DNA of 64,000 bases from positions 1,247 through 65,246 of the forward strand of contig JAPLFP010000201.1 of NCBI GenBank assembly GCA_026390585.1, given 5' to 3'. Below are positions 46,813 to 55,903 of this stretch, piece by piece. Origin of the DNA: Ignavibacteriales bacterium. Lineage in GTDB: Bacteria > Bacteroidota > Ignavibacteria > UBA10030. Both the position numbers and the translations under genes were made by a program. Numbering within the stretch: position 1 is the stretch's first letter; every line of letters begins with the position of its first letter. A model generated the notes under the pieces. The model ran no database searches, was not told the DNA's origin, and saw only the letters and a program-made list of their open reading frames with translations.

Positions 46813-46850
46813 AACAGAACTATCCACGCCCACCAACATGGAGAACATAC

Positions 46851-48077
46851 TTGAAAATCGACACCGGCGATACAACGTGGCTTCTTATTTCAACGGCTCT
46901 CGTCATGCTCATGACACCGGGACTTGCATTGTTCTACGGCGGCATGGTGCGCAGGAAGAACGTCCTTGGAACCATCATGCAGAGCTTCATCGCTCTCGGC
47001 GTCGTCACCATTCAATGGGTGCTGTTTGGGTACAGCCTGGCCTTCGGACCCGACATTGGTCACGTCATCGGTAATCTGCAATGGGCTGGCTTGAATGGCG
47101 TGGGGCTTGAACCGAATCCCGACTATGCAGCAACGGTGCCGCATCAGGCGTTCATGGTTTTTCAGATGATGTTCGCCGTTATCACGCCTGCACTCATCAC
47201 GGGAGCGTTTGCCGAACGATTCAAGTTCAGCACCTATGTTGTCTTCGTGCTCGCGTGGTCTACGCTTGTCTATGCGCCAATAGCCCATTGGGTGTGGGGA
47301 ATTGGGGGGTGGATCCATAATCTTGGCGCCCTCGACTTTGCCGGTGGTCTGGTTGTCCACATCAGCTCAGGAGTCTCAGCCCTTGCGGCAGCGCTCATCG
47401 TCGGAAAACGAAAAGGCCACGGACACGATCACATGCCTCCTCATAACATGACGATGACTCTCCTCGGCGCATCAATTCTGTGGTTCGGTTGGTTCGGCTT
47501 CAATGGCGGAAGTGCGGCAGCATCGGGAGCGCTTGCAACGTCCGCCTTCGTCACGACGCATATTGCGGCCGCGGCTGCCGCCCTCTCATGGCTTTTTGTG
47601 GAATGGTCTCAACACGGCAAACCGACAATCCTCGGCGCTGCCTCGGGGTGTGTTGCCGGCCTCGTGGCAATTACTCCGGCTTCGGGCTTCGTTGGTCCGC
47701 TCTCTTCACTGGTCATCGGCCTCAGCGCCGGAGCACTCTGCTACTATGGCGTGAATTTCAAACACAAGTTTGGGTTCGATGACTCCCTCGATGCGGTCGG
47801 TGTGCACGGTGTGGGAGGAACATTCGGCGCTCTTGCGACCGGTCTGTTTGCATCGAAAGCAGTCAATGCCGCCGGAGCAGACGGCTTGTTCTTTGGCAAC
47901 GCGTCGTTGCTCGGGATCCAGGCAATCAGTATTGTTGCCGCTGCCGCGTATGCTTTTGTCGTGACGTGGGCAGTTCTTTGGGTGCTTCGACAGACGATGG
48001 GATTGCGTGTAGATGTCGAACAGGAGGTCGAAGGACTCGACCTCAGCCAACATGGCGAAAGCGGTTACATCTCTTGA
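46851..48077 (+). CDS. amtB: Ammonium transporter
   Basis: DTGDTTWLLISTALVMLMTPGLALFYGGMVRRKNV ... LDFAGGLVVHISSG ... DDSLDAVGVHGVGG. TTG start as in the track. Confidence 0.9.
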   Translation: MKIDTGDTTWLLISTALVMLMTPGLALFYGGMVRRKNVLGTIMQSFIALGVVTIQWVLFGYSLAFGPDIGHVIGNLQWAGLNGVGLEPNPDYAATVPHQAFMVFQMMFAVITPALITGAFAERFKFSTYVVFVLAWSTLVYAPIAHWVWGIGGWIHNLGALDFAGGLVVHISSGVSALAAALIVGKRKGHGHDHMPPHNMTMTLLGASILWFGWFGFNGGSAAASGALATSAFVTTHIAAAAAALSWLFVEWSQHGKPTILGAASGCVAGLVAITPASGFVGPLSSLVIGLSAGALCYYGVNFKHKFGFDDSLDAVGVHGVGGTFGALATGLFASKAVNAAGADGLFFGNASLLGIQAISIVAAAAYAFVVTWAVLWVLRQTMGLRVDVEQEVEGLDLSQHGESGYIS

Positions 48078-48320
48078 CCAACTATTTGAAAACACCCCCG
48101 AAATGGCCTCGTTCAAAGCTGTTTTAAGGGCGCCCCTATGGTGGTGCGACACGGCTGCCTTGGGCCTGAACGGATGACCGGTTGACTCTTTCGGCGCATT
48201 CCTGCAAATTGAATCCAGTCTCCTTAGGCTTGTTAGACCGGCACCGTTAACGTTTCGATATCCCCAAACTGACAAGTTCCCCCCAATATCCATAGATGCA
48301 GCCCTGAGTGCTGCGAGCAA

Positions 48321-48971
48321 ATGGAAGATCAATCGAAATCATCTCTGACGATCACGCTCTGGTGGGTTCTCACCGGAGTTCTGATTGTCTCCGCCGCTTT
48401 CATCGTTGGATCGAAGTGGGGACTCTGGACAGCGATTGATGCGTCCGGAATTGTCGCCGGCCTCTATCTCATTGCTTTGACCCTCTATGTTGTTCGCAAA
48501 CCGCTTGGTTGGCGGACACGTCTCTTGGCCTATCTCGTTGTGGGATTTGGTCTGGGAGCTGTGGCATTCTTGTGGTATCGATCGCAAGCCACAGCGGGGC
48601 AACAAGCGACACTCCGACGTCAGCAATACGCGGAGCAGACTCGAGGGAACATGGTCTCGATCATGACGGAGCGTCTTCGTCAATCAATGCAGGAATACTA
48701 CCGCCACGAGCCCAAGGCTCAGGGATCGCTGCGGGAGATCTTCGTCCGTCAAAACCCGGTTCTGAAAGAAGGAAAGAAAGAAGACTTTGACTTCATCGGA
48801 AAATGGAGCCTCAAGATGCAGCCACAGGCGATGGACAGTGTTGTCCTCGTGGCGCAGTCGGACTACAAGGGTAGGAATCCGGACTTCAAGAATCAGGACG
48901 GTACCGTTGGTCGTGTTCAGGAAAAAACGATTTTGACGAGAAAGGGCATCGTTCGTGTCTCAGAAAACTGA
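48321..48971 (+). CDS. Module 1, protein A: 3-TM protein with a C-terminal soluble domain (paralogue of 51633..52310)
   Basis: TMs LTITLWWVLTGVLIVSAAFIVG, GIVAGLYLIALTLYVV, LLAYLVVGFGLGAVAFLWY. The C-terminal KGRNPDFKNQDGTVGRVQEKTILTRKGIVRVSEN aligns with KGRDPQFKNRNGQVGMMQEKSILTEKGITYVSEN of A2. Confidence 0.75.
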   Translation: MEDQSKSSLTITLWWVLTGVLIVSAAFIVGSKWGLWTAIDASGIVAGLYLIALTLYVVRKPLGWRTRLLAYLVVGFGLGAVAFLWYRSQATAGQQATLRRQQYAEQTRGNMVSIMTERLRQSMQEYYRHEPKAQGSLREIFVRQNPVLKEGKKEDFDFIGKWSLKMQPQAMDSVVLVAQSDYKGRNPDFKNQDGTVGRVQEKTILTRKGIVRVSEN

Positions 48972-49767
48972 GCCGACAGACAACACGGGCGGGAAGCAGC
49001 AGCATCTCATTCCAACCGCACTTCTTGTTCAACTCTGCCTGATTGCATTGGTCGCGCTGACGTTGATGATTGTGCTTGAGCGGGTTGTGATGGCGGGAGC
49101 AAGGATGCGTACGGAGCTACAAATCGATTCACCACTTGTCTATCCCTGGATCACTGTGGGTAACACCACACTGACGGCTGCCCTCAGAGGGTTCGAAGGG
49201 AGAATTCCCGGGATCTTGTCTGTGAAGATCTATCTGTTGGCAGGAATGCTGATTGTGTTCGTCATGTGTCCGACGTTCTTTCTGTTTGGCTGGCGTAGAC
49301 GTCGTTTGGCACGAATGAGCGGATCGTTTGCACCCATCCGATCGCTACGGGATGTATCATCCATTGGCTATGCATTTAGCGGCGTTGTTGTGTTCTTTGT
49401 TGTGGTAACCATCGGACCGCTGACAGCAATACAAATGACTCAGTCAGCGTCGCGATGCGAGTCGGACGCAGCACGACTTCTCCGCTATGAAACAACCACC
49501 GAGCTGAATTTCATTTTGGACAATATCCTTCAATACCGGCTTCTGCCGAAAGAAGTTGGCGGTGGGAACGGATCATATATAGGCTACGTCATACCGGAAA
49601 ATCTTGCGAGAACCGACAAGGCAGAGTACACTGCGACGGTGAAGGCCGACAAAGTGATCGTGAAAGCCGAGTCAGCGAACTGTGCTACGAATACGATAAC
49701 GGCGACTCTTGATGCTCATGGCTCCGCGAGACCAATGGACTTCGAAGGCAATTGGGGGTATGGGTGA
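48955..49767 (+). CDS. Module 1, protein B: 3-TM protein with a pilin-like C-terminal domain (paralogue of 52294..53061)
   Basis: GTG start inside the last 17 nt of A1. Shared blocks with B2: MSQKT, CPTFFLFGWRRRRL / CPTVFFLEWRRRRL, LQYRLLPKEVGGGNGSYIGYVIPE / AQYNILPRQLGGGERSFEGFAVPE. Confidence 0.7.
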   Translation: MSQKTEPTDNTGGKQQHLIPTALLVQLCLIALVALTLMIVLERVVMAGARMRTELQIDSPLVYPWITVGNTTLTAALRGFEGRIPGILSVKIYLLAGMLIVFVMCPTFFLFGWRRRRLARMSGSFAPIRSLRDVSSIGYAFSGVVVFFVVVTIGPLTAIQMTQSASRCESDAARLLRYETTTELNFILDNILQYRLLPKEVGGGNGSYIGYVIPENLARTDKAEYTATVKADKVIVKAESANCATNTITATLDAHGSARPMDFEGNWGYG

Positions 49768-49890
49768 TGACAAACCTGAGCGCCGGGTGCGCTTCCCTCA
49801 CACTTCATCGGTACTCTGAACAGATATTCGAACAACACGGTGCTCCATTGTTTGAAGGAACCTCATTTGAAAGACGGTAGCTTGAAGGAA

Positions 49891-50295
49891 ATGGTCAATG
49901 TCGACGCTCGGTTGACCATCGCGGCGTTCTGCCTCCTGGTCATTCTGCAGCTTTTTCCAACCTACTTCTTGTTCGGTATGCGTTCCGTGCCGTACTACGA
50001 TGGCTCTGTGTACTTGATCTGGGTCGGAGTTGGCAGCGCGCTCGTGAGCGGGTTCATCAGCAAGAGAGCCGGGAGACTTGCGTTGTTGGAGTGTGTAGTT
50101 GCCACGGCGCTGTACTGCCTCGTGATCTTCCTGATCTATGGTGGTCACGGTCGGGGATATGCTCTTCGCGGGGGTGTGGGATCAGGGAATGTGCTCATTT
50201 TTCTTGTCTTCCTCCTTTGTATCCTTGGCTCGATTGCTGGACGGGTCATGGGATTGCGCGAAGAGAACAAAGTATCGACACTGACCCCTGAATAG
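49891..50295 (+). CDS. Module 1, protein C: small 4-TM protein (paralogue of 53098..53529)
   Basis: Four hydrophobic segments; same size and topology as C2, with a basic C-terminal tail. The track ORF begins at GTG 49840. ATG 49891 aligns better with C2, but the start is uncertain. Confidence 0.55.
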   Translation: MVNVDARLTIAAFCLLVILQLFPTYFLFGMRSVPYYDGSVYLIWVGVGSALVSGFISKRAGRLALLECVVATALYCLVIFLIYGGHGRGYALRGGVGSGNVLIFLVFLLCILGSIAGRVMGLREENKVSTLTPE

Positions 50296-50533
50296 TGTTG
50301 CAAGAGCATCAGTCTGAAGTCTTACCTCATATCATCTCATTTCGTAACTGAGGTTCTCAGCGCAATGGGCATGTGAAAATCGGTCGCACCCATTTGCCAA
50401 CCTGCGAAATCCCATCAAATTCCTGAATCAAACTCAGCTGACTTCAAAGAGCCCTGTCCGCTCAGCAACTTTTTGCTTCTTTGTGGGTCTTATGGCAAAT
50501 TAGGGCAGCGGTCAAGACCACAAGGGCCCCCCA

Positions 50534-51073
50534 TTGGAATTCCAGACTGAGGAACAGCTTGTAGAGAGCGTGCGGCGCGGCGACACAGACGCGTTCGAAG
50601 AACTCTACCATCGTTACAAGCGTCATATCTTCACGTTCTGTTTGAAGCTGACAGGTGATCGCTCCCTCGCCGAAGACGCTACGCACGATACGTTCCTCAA
50701 GATGTATCAGAACGTGGGGACATTGACTGATACCAGTGTCTTTCGGTCCTGGCTTTTCACCATAGCGCGCAATGAAGTCTTCAAAATGCTCCGTAAGCAT
50801 CACCGAAACGGAACAGTGGACGCAGAATCTGTCTGGACAGACGAAACTCCGCTCACCTTCGCACAGACGAATGAAACGAAAGCCATCGTGATGGCTTGCA
50901 TTGATTCTCTCAAAGTGGAATATCGAGAAGTGTTGCTTCTGCGCGAATATGAGCAGCATACATATGAGGAAATTGCCGCGATCACGGGGAGCACAGAGAG
51001 TTCGGTAAAATCAAGATTGTTTAAAGCGCGGAAAGCGCTGGCTGAGAAACTAAAACCGTATTTCAAATTGTGA
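50534..51073 (+). CDS. ECF-type RNA polymerase sigma factor (cassette 2)
   Basis: EDATHDTFLKMY, WLFTIARNEVF, YREVLLLREYEQHTYEEIAAITGSTESSVKSRLFKARKAL. Paralogue of 44188 and 57115. TTG start. Confidence 0.9.
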   Translation: MEFQTEEQLVESVRRGDTDAFEELYHRYKRHIFTFCLKLTGDRSLAEDATHDTFLKMYQNVGTLTDTSVFRSWLFTIARNEVFKMLRKHHRNGTVDAESVWTDETPLTFAQTNETKAIVMACIDSLKVEYREVLLLREYEQHTYEEIAAITGSTESSVKSRLFKARKALAEKLKPYFKL

Positions 51074-51180
51074 CTCCATTCTGATCCTTCTGCGGGAGGG
51101 TAGATAACATCCCTCCCCCTCACAGGGGCAGGTCAGGAGGGAGTCTGATGTAAGTCATCAATGTGTAGGAGCGCTACCCC

Positions 51181-51603
51181 ATGAACCACGAAAACTTTCA
51201 ACAGCGCATCAGCCTCTATGTTGACAATGCGCTGAGCGACACAGACACGGCGACACTCTTTGCTCACCTTTCACGATGCGCCGAGTGCCGGGAGTTCATG
51301 AGATTGACGTTGGGCGTCCATGCATATATAGCGGAAGAGGAGCTGGCTGAAGTCCCGCTCTCTCTCGACCGACGCGTCCTCGCAAGCGTAGCAATGGCAT
51401 CAGATCAGCCAGAACGAAGACCATGGTATGCGCCGATGTGGTTCACCAGGATCTCGATTCCTTTGCCGGCAGCGGCCTCGATATTATTTTTGATTATCGT
51501 TGGCAGCCTGTTGTTTTCACCGATCCTTGCTCAGGAACCACAACATCAAACTGAAATCCCGGCGTCCTTGATCTCAAGAATTCCCGCTTCGCTTCAGAGA
51601 TAG
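51181..51603 (+). CDS. Anti-sigma factor (zf-HC2), single TM, short ectodomain (cassette 2)
   Basis: FAHLSRCAECREFM; TM LPAAASILFLIIVGSLLF; about 30 residues beyond the TM. Confidence 0.85.
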   Translation: MNHENFQQRISLYVDNALSDTDTATLFAHLSRCAECREFMRLTLGVHAYIAEEELAEVPLSLDRRVLASVAMASDQPERRPWYAPMWFTRISIPLPAAASILFLIIVGSLLFSPILAQEPQHQTEIPASLISRIPASLQR

Positions 51604-51632
51604 CCGAAGTTGAAGAGATAGGAGCTCTCGTT

Positions 51633-52310
51633 ATGGAGAAAAACACAGTGACTATCGAAATCAAACAGGAAGTTTCGATCACACTTCTCTGGATTGTAGC
51701 TGGGGTGATCTTTGTTTCTCTGGTTTTTTTGCTTGCGCCTTCTTCAATGGAACTCTGGCCATCGCTCAACGCAGCTGGAATTGCAGGTGCGGTGTATCTC
51801 ATTGCGATGCTGACCTATGCGCTCCGCAAGCCGCTGGAGATGAGGGTCAGGGTCTGGATTGGCGTTGCGGCTATCGTCGTTCTTGCGCTCGGAGCGTTCA
51901 CATGGGTGGGGATGCAGGCTCAGACCGAATTCCAGGCCGACATGATGATGAAAATCAGGGGCGTCATCGGCAGAAATGTCATGCGACGCTATGTGTCGGA
52001 GGTGCCCCTCAAAACTCTGGACGAGTTCTATCAACAGCGTGGCCCAAATAAGTCATCGTTGGCGGATATCTTCTGCAAAGAGAACCCGGGAGCGGTAGTA
52101 GGAGCAAATATTCACAGGCCCGAATGGGAGGGCGATTGGTGGCAAGTTGTCGTCACGAAACTCGAGCCGGCGACGATCGAGCTTCTTTCACAGGAAACAT
52201 ATGTGAAAGGGCGGGATCCGCAGTTCAAGAACCGCAATGGCCAGGTTGGAATGATGCAGGAAAAATCCATTCTGACAGAGAAAGGAATCACGTATGTCTC
52301 AGAAAACTGA
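51633..52310 (+). CDS. Module 2, protein A (paralogue of 48321..48971)
   Basis: Same 3-TM plus soluble-domain layout; ends ...EKGITYVSEN. Confidence 0.75.
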   Translation: MEKNTVTIEIKQEVSITLLWIVAGVIFVSLVFLLAPSSMELWPSLNAAGIAGAVYLIAMLTYALRKPLEMRVRVWIGVAAIVVLALGAFTWVGMQAQTEFQADMMMKIRGVIGRNVMRRYVSEVPLKTLDEFYQQRGPNKSSLADIFCKENPGAVVGANIHRPEWEGDWWQVVVTKLEPATIELLSQETYVKGRDPQFKNRNGQVGMMQEKSILTEKGITYVSEN

Positions 52311-53061
52311 TTCTCCGGATTTTGCCTCCGGATTCATATGGCAAATTGTCCTCCTGACAGTCGTTGTGCTTTGCTTTGCCGTCTATGTACGCAGTCAGGA
52401 GCATTCGATGAGTAGACTGGGTGTTTCGTCGCCGACCACAATCTTCCCATGGATGATCGGGGGAAAGCAGACGATTGGAAACGGTCTTCGGGCATTCGGT
52501 GGCAAGCCGCCGGAGCCCCCGCCAATCGATGATAAGGTCCGAGCACTTGGCCCTGTCTTGGTCAGTATGGTTCTCTGTCCGACAGTCTTCTTTCTTGAGT
52601 GGCGGCGGCGACGGTTAATGAAAGAAAGGCCTTTCCAAAAAACGCCATTGAGAATATCCGGCATCTTCTATGCTCTCTGTGGATTGGTGGTCGTGTTAGT
52701 GGCGGTAGCGGTCGGACCGATAGCATATTTCGGAGAGAGTGCGCGGGCAAACACTCGGCACGCTCATGCCATTCAAAGCAATAGAGACGTTATCGATAAC
52801 GAGCTGTACTTCCTCGCTGTCGATGCAGCACAGTACAACATTCTTCCGAGGCAACTCGGTGGTGGTGAGCGAAGCTTTGAAGGGTTTGCGGTTCCGGAGA
52901 CGAAAGCAAAAACAGAAGAGGCGTCATATTCAGTGACGGTGACAAAGAGCATGGTTTCATTTCGCGCTACATCTACAAGATATCCTTCTTCCACCGTTCA
53001 AGTGAACGTTGACAGCCTCGGACATATACGTGATTGGAGATATGAAGGTGAGTTCCAATAA
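52294..53061 (+). CDS. Module 2, protein B (paralogue of 48955..49767)
   Basis: The ATG lies inside the last 17 nt of A2; see B1 for the shared blocks. Confidence 0.75.
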   Translation: MSQKTDSPDFASGFIWQIVLLTVVVLCFAVYVRSQEHSMSRLGVSSPTTIFPWMIGGKQTIGNGLRAFGGKPPEPPPIDDKVRALGPVLVSMVLCPTVFFLEWRRRRLMKERPFQKTPLRISGIFYALCGLVVVLVAVAVGPIAYFGESARANTRHAHAIQSNRDVIDNELYFLAVDAAQYNILPRQLGGGERSFEGFAVPETKAKTEEASYSVTVTKSMVSFRATSTRYPSSTVQVNVDSLGHIRDWRYEGEFQ

Positions 53062-53097
53062 TTGCTCTTCACGGTGAGAGGCTACCAGGAGAAAACA

Positions 53098-53529
53098 ATG
53101 AACGACACACAGACATTACGTTTGACGAAGATTGACTGGCGATGGCTGGTCGTCACGTACTGCTTTCTCGTCCTCTTCCATCTCTTGCCCACCCTTCTTG
53201 AATTGAGCTTGTGGCAATTGTTTCTCTCCCACGGGATTTGGCAATTTGTTGCTTGGACTGCATTCGGCGTCGCTGTGGTTGGTGGATATGTAGGGTACAG
53301 ATCGCACGGCACCAACATTCTGGAGCCGGGCATTGCGTCAATGCTTTATGTGGCGACGCTGATTGTTCTATTGTCAAAAGTCCGCGACGTCCAGGCTTCA
53401 GGGTACCGGCTGATTGGATTGCTGGTCGCGCTTCATCTCATTGTGTTTCTGGTTGGCTGTTTTGGCGCAGCGGTCGGGAACTGGTTGAAGACACGAAGGG
53501 AACGAGAAAAAGAAGTCGGCGACAGTTAG
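53098..53529 (+). CDS. Module 2, protein C (small 4-TM protein)
   Basis: AGGAGA lies 7 nt upstream of ATG 53098 (the track ORF starts at 53062). Four hydrophobic segments and a basic tail KTRREREKE. Confidence 0.6.
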   Translation: MNDTQTLRLTKIDWRWLVVTYCFLVLFHLLPTLLELSLWQLFLSHGIWQFVAWTAFGVAVVGGYVGYRSHGTNILEPGIASMLYVATLIVLLSKVRDVQASGYRLIGLLVALHLIVFLVGCFGAAVGNWLKTRREREKEVGDS

Positions 53530-53735
53530 CAACCCGCGAGATCCTCGCGTAACAAAACCCTCATATTCACAGCGTTTCTTGATAGTGGGCCGAAAAGTTG
53601 TCGCCCGTCATTGCACTTCAACGCGAAATAAGTACATTAAAAATGTTGTATCATGAGCACCAGTCCACTCCCGGACAACCTCAGTTCATAGAAAAAGTCG
53701 GCTCAATCGCGATTCCACAATTCGAAGGACCATGC

Positions 53736-55376
53736 ATGCGTATTCTTGCCCTCGTTGTTACCATTCTTTGTGCAAGCGCTCTTTATGCTCAAGAGGTGAC
53801 AGTCATTTCAGGGAAACTTCTCGGCTATGACAAGAAACCGATGTTGATGGCTCACGCTCACCTGCTGAAGACTTCCAGCCCCAAGCCTCTCGCCCAAGTT
53901 CGCGCGAAGAACGATGGATCCTTTGAGATTACAACGAAGGAGACCGGACTGCTTGTTGTGGAATTCACCGGTGTCAGCCACCGGGCGCTTGACGTTCCTT
54001 TCCTTGTTGAGAAGCCGCTCAAGATCGAACTCTCTGTCAGCCTGTCAGCCTATTCGTACGCCGACGAGATGAAGGACGTGAAGATTATGACAGACATGAC
54101 TGACTATGCCTTTGACAAGGCGCAACCGATGCAGAAACAAAGCGACGGCACGTACGCGATCGAACTTCAGACGACCAAGGACAAGGTCACTTATCAGGTC
54201 CTCGGTGCCGAGAAGACCGGCCGCAGTATCAATGGGACGCAATCGGACGCCTTTGAGTATGATGATGCCGGTGATTATCGCTCAATTGTGGCGGCGAAGG
54301 AGGGTAAAGTGAAGATCGTGTTCGATCCGTCGAAAACTCTTCGCTCGACGGCGGAAGGGGAAGTGAAATTTTCGGATCCTACCGCAACGGTCGCCAAGCT
54401 CGCGGGCATACAGATGGAAATTGGCAAGCGTGCCGCAGTCATATCAACTGCGATGGACGCATTCATCAAGGCAGGGAATAACTGGAAGAACTTCACCTAC
54501 GACTGGTCCGCAGATCAGGCTTCTATTGTGTCGCGACTGAAAACAGAGAAAGATCCTATTATACACCAGGCGTTGTTGATGGACTATGTCGACACCAAGA
54601 GCAAGTTCGCGGCCAAGGCCGACCCCGCCATGGGGGCGCGGATGTTGAAAGAGGTTCCGCCGGACTCGAAACTCTGGATGATGCCCACGCTGCCGTTCAT
54701 GAAAGCGGCATGGGATCTCTGTGGCGATGAGAACGCGTTCAAAGAGTACCTCACGAGGTTCCTTGACAAGAATCCTGACATGTCGCTGAAGTCGAACATG
54801 CTCATGAGTAATCTGATGAACGCAAAGATGACGAACGACGAAAAGACCCTTAAATTGTATTATGATGTGGCAGTGAAGTTTTTCGGTGACTCACCGATAG
54901 GAAAGAGTGTGAAGGAGCGCTTCTCGCCGGTCATCAACATCGCCGTTGGAAAAGCAGTACCGGCTTTTAAGGTGAAATCACTTGAGGATACAACAAAATT
55001 CTTCACGAACAACACCTTCAAGGGAAGAGTGTACATGATTGATTTTTGGGCCACCTGGTGCGGACCGTGTGTTGGTGAGATGGAAAATCTTCACAAGGCA
55101 TATGGAAAGTTCAAATCGAAGAACTTCCAGATCCTGAGCCTCTCGCTCGACAAGAAACCGGAAGATGTCGCCAAATTCCGGGCCGACAAGTGGAAGATGC
55201 CATGGCTTCATACGTTCGTTACCGAAGACACGTCGCTCACGAATTCTTTCGAAGTTATAGGGATTCCCAGACCGTTGTTGGTCGACGGAAACGGGAAAAT
55301 CATTGCCATGGAGACAGAGCTGCGCGGTGAGCAGCTTGAAAAAACGCTGGCCAAGTTCCTTGGTGAGCCGAAATAG
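53736..55376 (+). CDS. Secreted TlpA/redoxin-like thiol:disulfide oxidoreductase with N-terminal beta-sandwich and helical domains
   Basis: Signal peptide MRILALVVTILCASALYAQE; C-terminal thioredoxin fold VYMIDFWATWCGPCVGEMENL ... FEVIGIPRPLLVDGNGKII. Confidence 0.8.
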   Translation: MRILALVVTILCASALYAQEVTVISGKLLGYDKKPMLMAHAHLLKTSSPKPLAQVRAKNDGSFEITTKETGLLVVEFTGVSHRALDVPFLVEKPLKIELSVSLSAYSYADEMKDVKIMTDMTDYAFDKAQPMQKQSDGTYAIELQTTKDKVTYQVLGAEKTGRSINGTQSDAFEYDDAGDYRSIVAAKEGKVKIVFDPSKTLRSTAEGEVKFSDPTATVAKLAGIQMEIGKRAAVISTAMDAFIKAGNNWKNFTYDWSADQASIVSRLKTEKDPIIHQALLMDYVDTKSKFAAKADPAMGARMLKEVPPDSKLWMMPTLPFMKAAWDLCGDENAFKEYLTRFLDKNPDMSLKSNMLMSNLMNAKMTNDEKTLKLYYDVAVKFFGDSPIGKSVKERFSPVINIAVGKAVPAFKVKSLEDTTKFFTNNTFKGRVYMIDFWATWCGPCVGEMENLHKAYGKFKSKNFQILSLSLDKKPEDVAKFRADKWKMPWLHTFVTEDTSLTNSFEVIGIPRPLLVDGNGKIIAMETELRGEQLEKTLAKFLGEPK

Positions 55377-55483
55377 CAGAATCGTCACAAGACGGTTTGG
55401 GTTAACGTGGAGGGTGATTTCTCAGGTGGTCGACGATTCAGCAAAACCGTGTGGGAAAAGAATTGACTGGATCGAGGTAGGAT

Positions 55484-55870
55484 ATGGGACAAACACAACT
55501 TCTCCTTGTTATTCTGGGTATCATTCTTGTCGGTGTAGCGATTTTTGTCGGCATACAGATGTTCCAGCACAATTCTGTCGACGACGTGCGAAATTCGGTC
55601 ATGACGGACCTCAACAGTTATGCTGCGCGAGCGTTGGCGTACTATGGAAAACCTACGACGCAAGGGGGAGGCAACAAGAGTTTTGATGGCGTCACGATGA
55701 GCATGATCTTTCCCAGCTCGGAGAATGTCAACGGGCGTTACTACATTGAGAGTGCTGAAGGTGACAACTGTGTAATTGTTGGCGTCGGGAATGCGGTCGC
55801 CGGAGAGGATTCCGTCCGAATTCGGATTCGTGTCACACCGGACCGGAATACTATCGAAATTATTAACTAG
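55484..55870 (+). CDS. Stand-alone pilin-like protein related to the C-terminal half of the B proteins
   Basis: N-terminal hydrophobic helix LLLVILGIILVGVAIFVGIQMF, then an amphipathic helix (VRNSVMTDLNSYAARALAYYG), then PTTQGGGNKSFDGV matching the B-protein LP...GGG..S(F/Y).G block. There is no canonical G/FTLIE prepilin cleavage motif. Confidence 0.55.
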   Translation: MGQTQLLLVILGIILVGVAIFVGIQMFQHNSVDDVRNSVMTDLNSYAARALAYYGKPTTQGGGNKSFDGVTMSMIFPSSENVNGRYYIESAEGDNCVIVGVGNAVAGEDSVRIRIRVTPDRNTIEIIN

Positions 55871-55903
55871 AATCTCAAGAATCACCATTTCAAAGAAGAA
55901 CTG

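Noticed and set aside
46838-47074. ATG-initiated 78-aa ORF at the amtB 5' end
   Set aside because: It is in a different frame from the AmtB signature (MTPGLALFYGGMVRRKN). The TTG-initiated frame at 46851 carries all transporter motifs.
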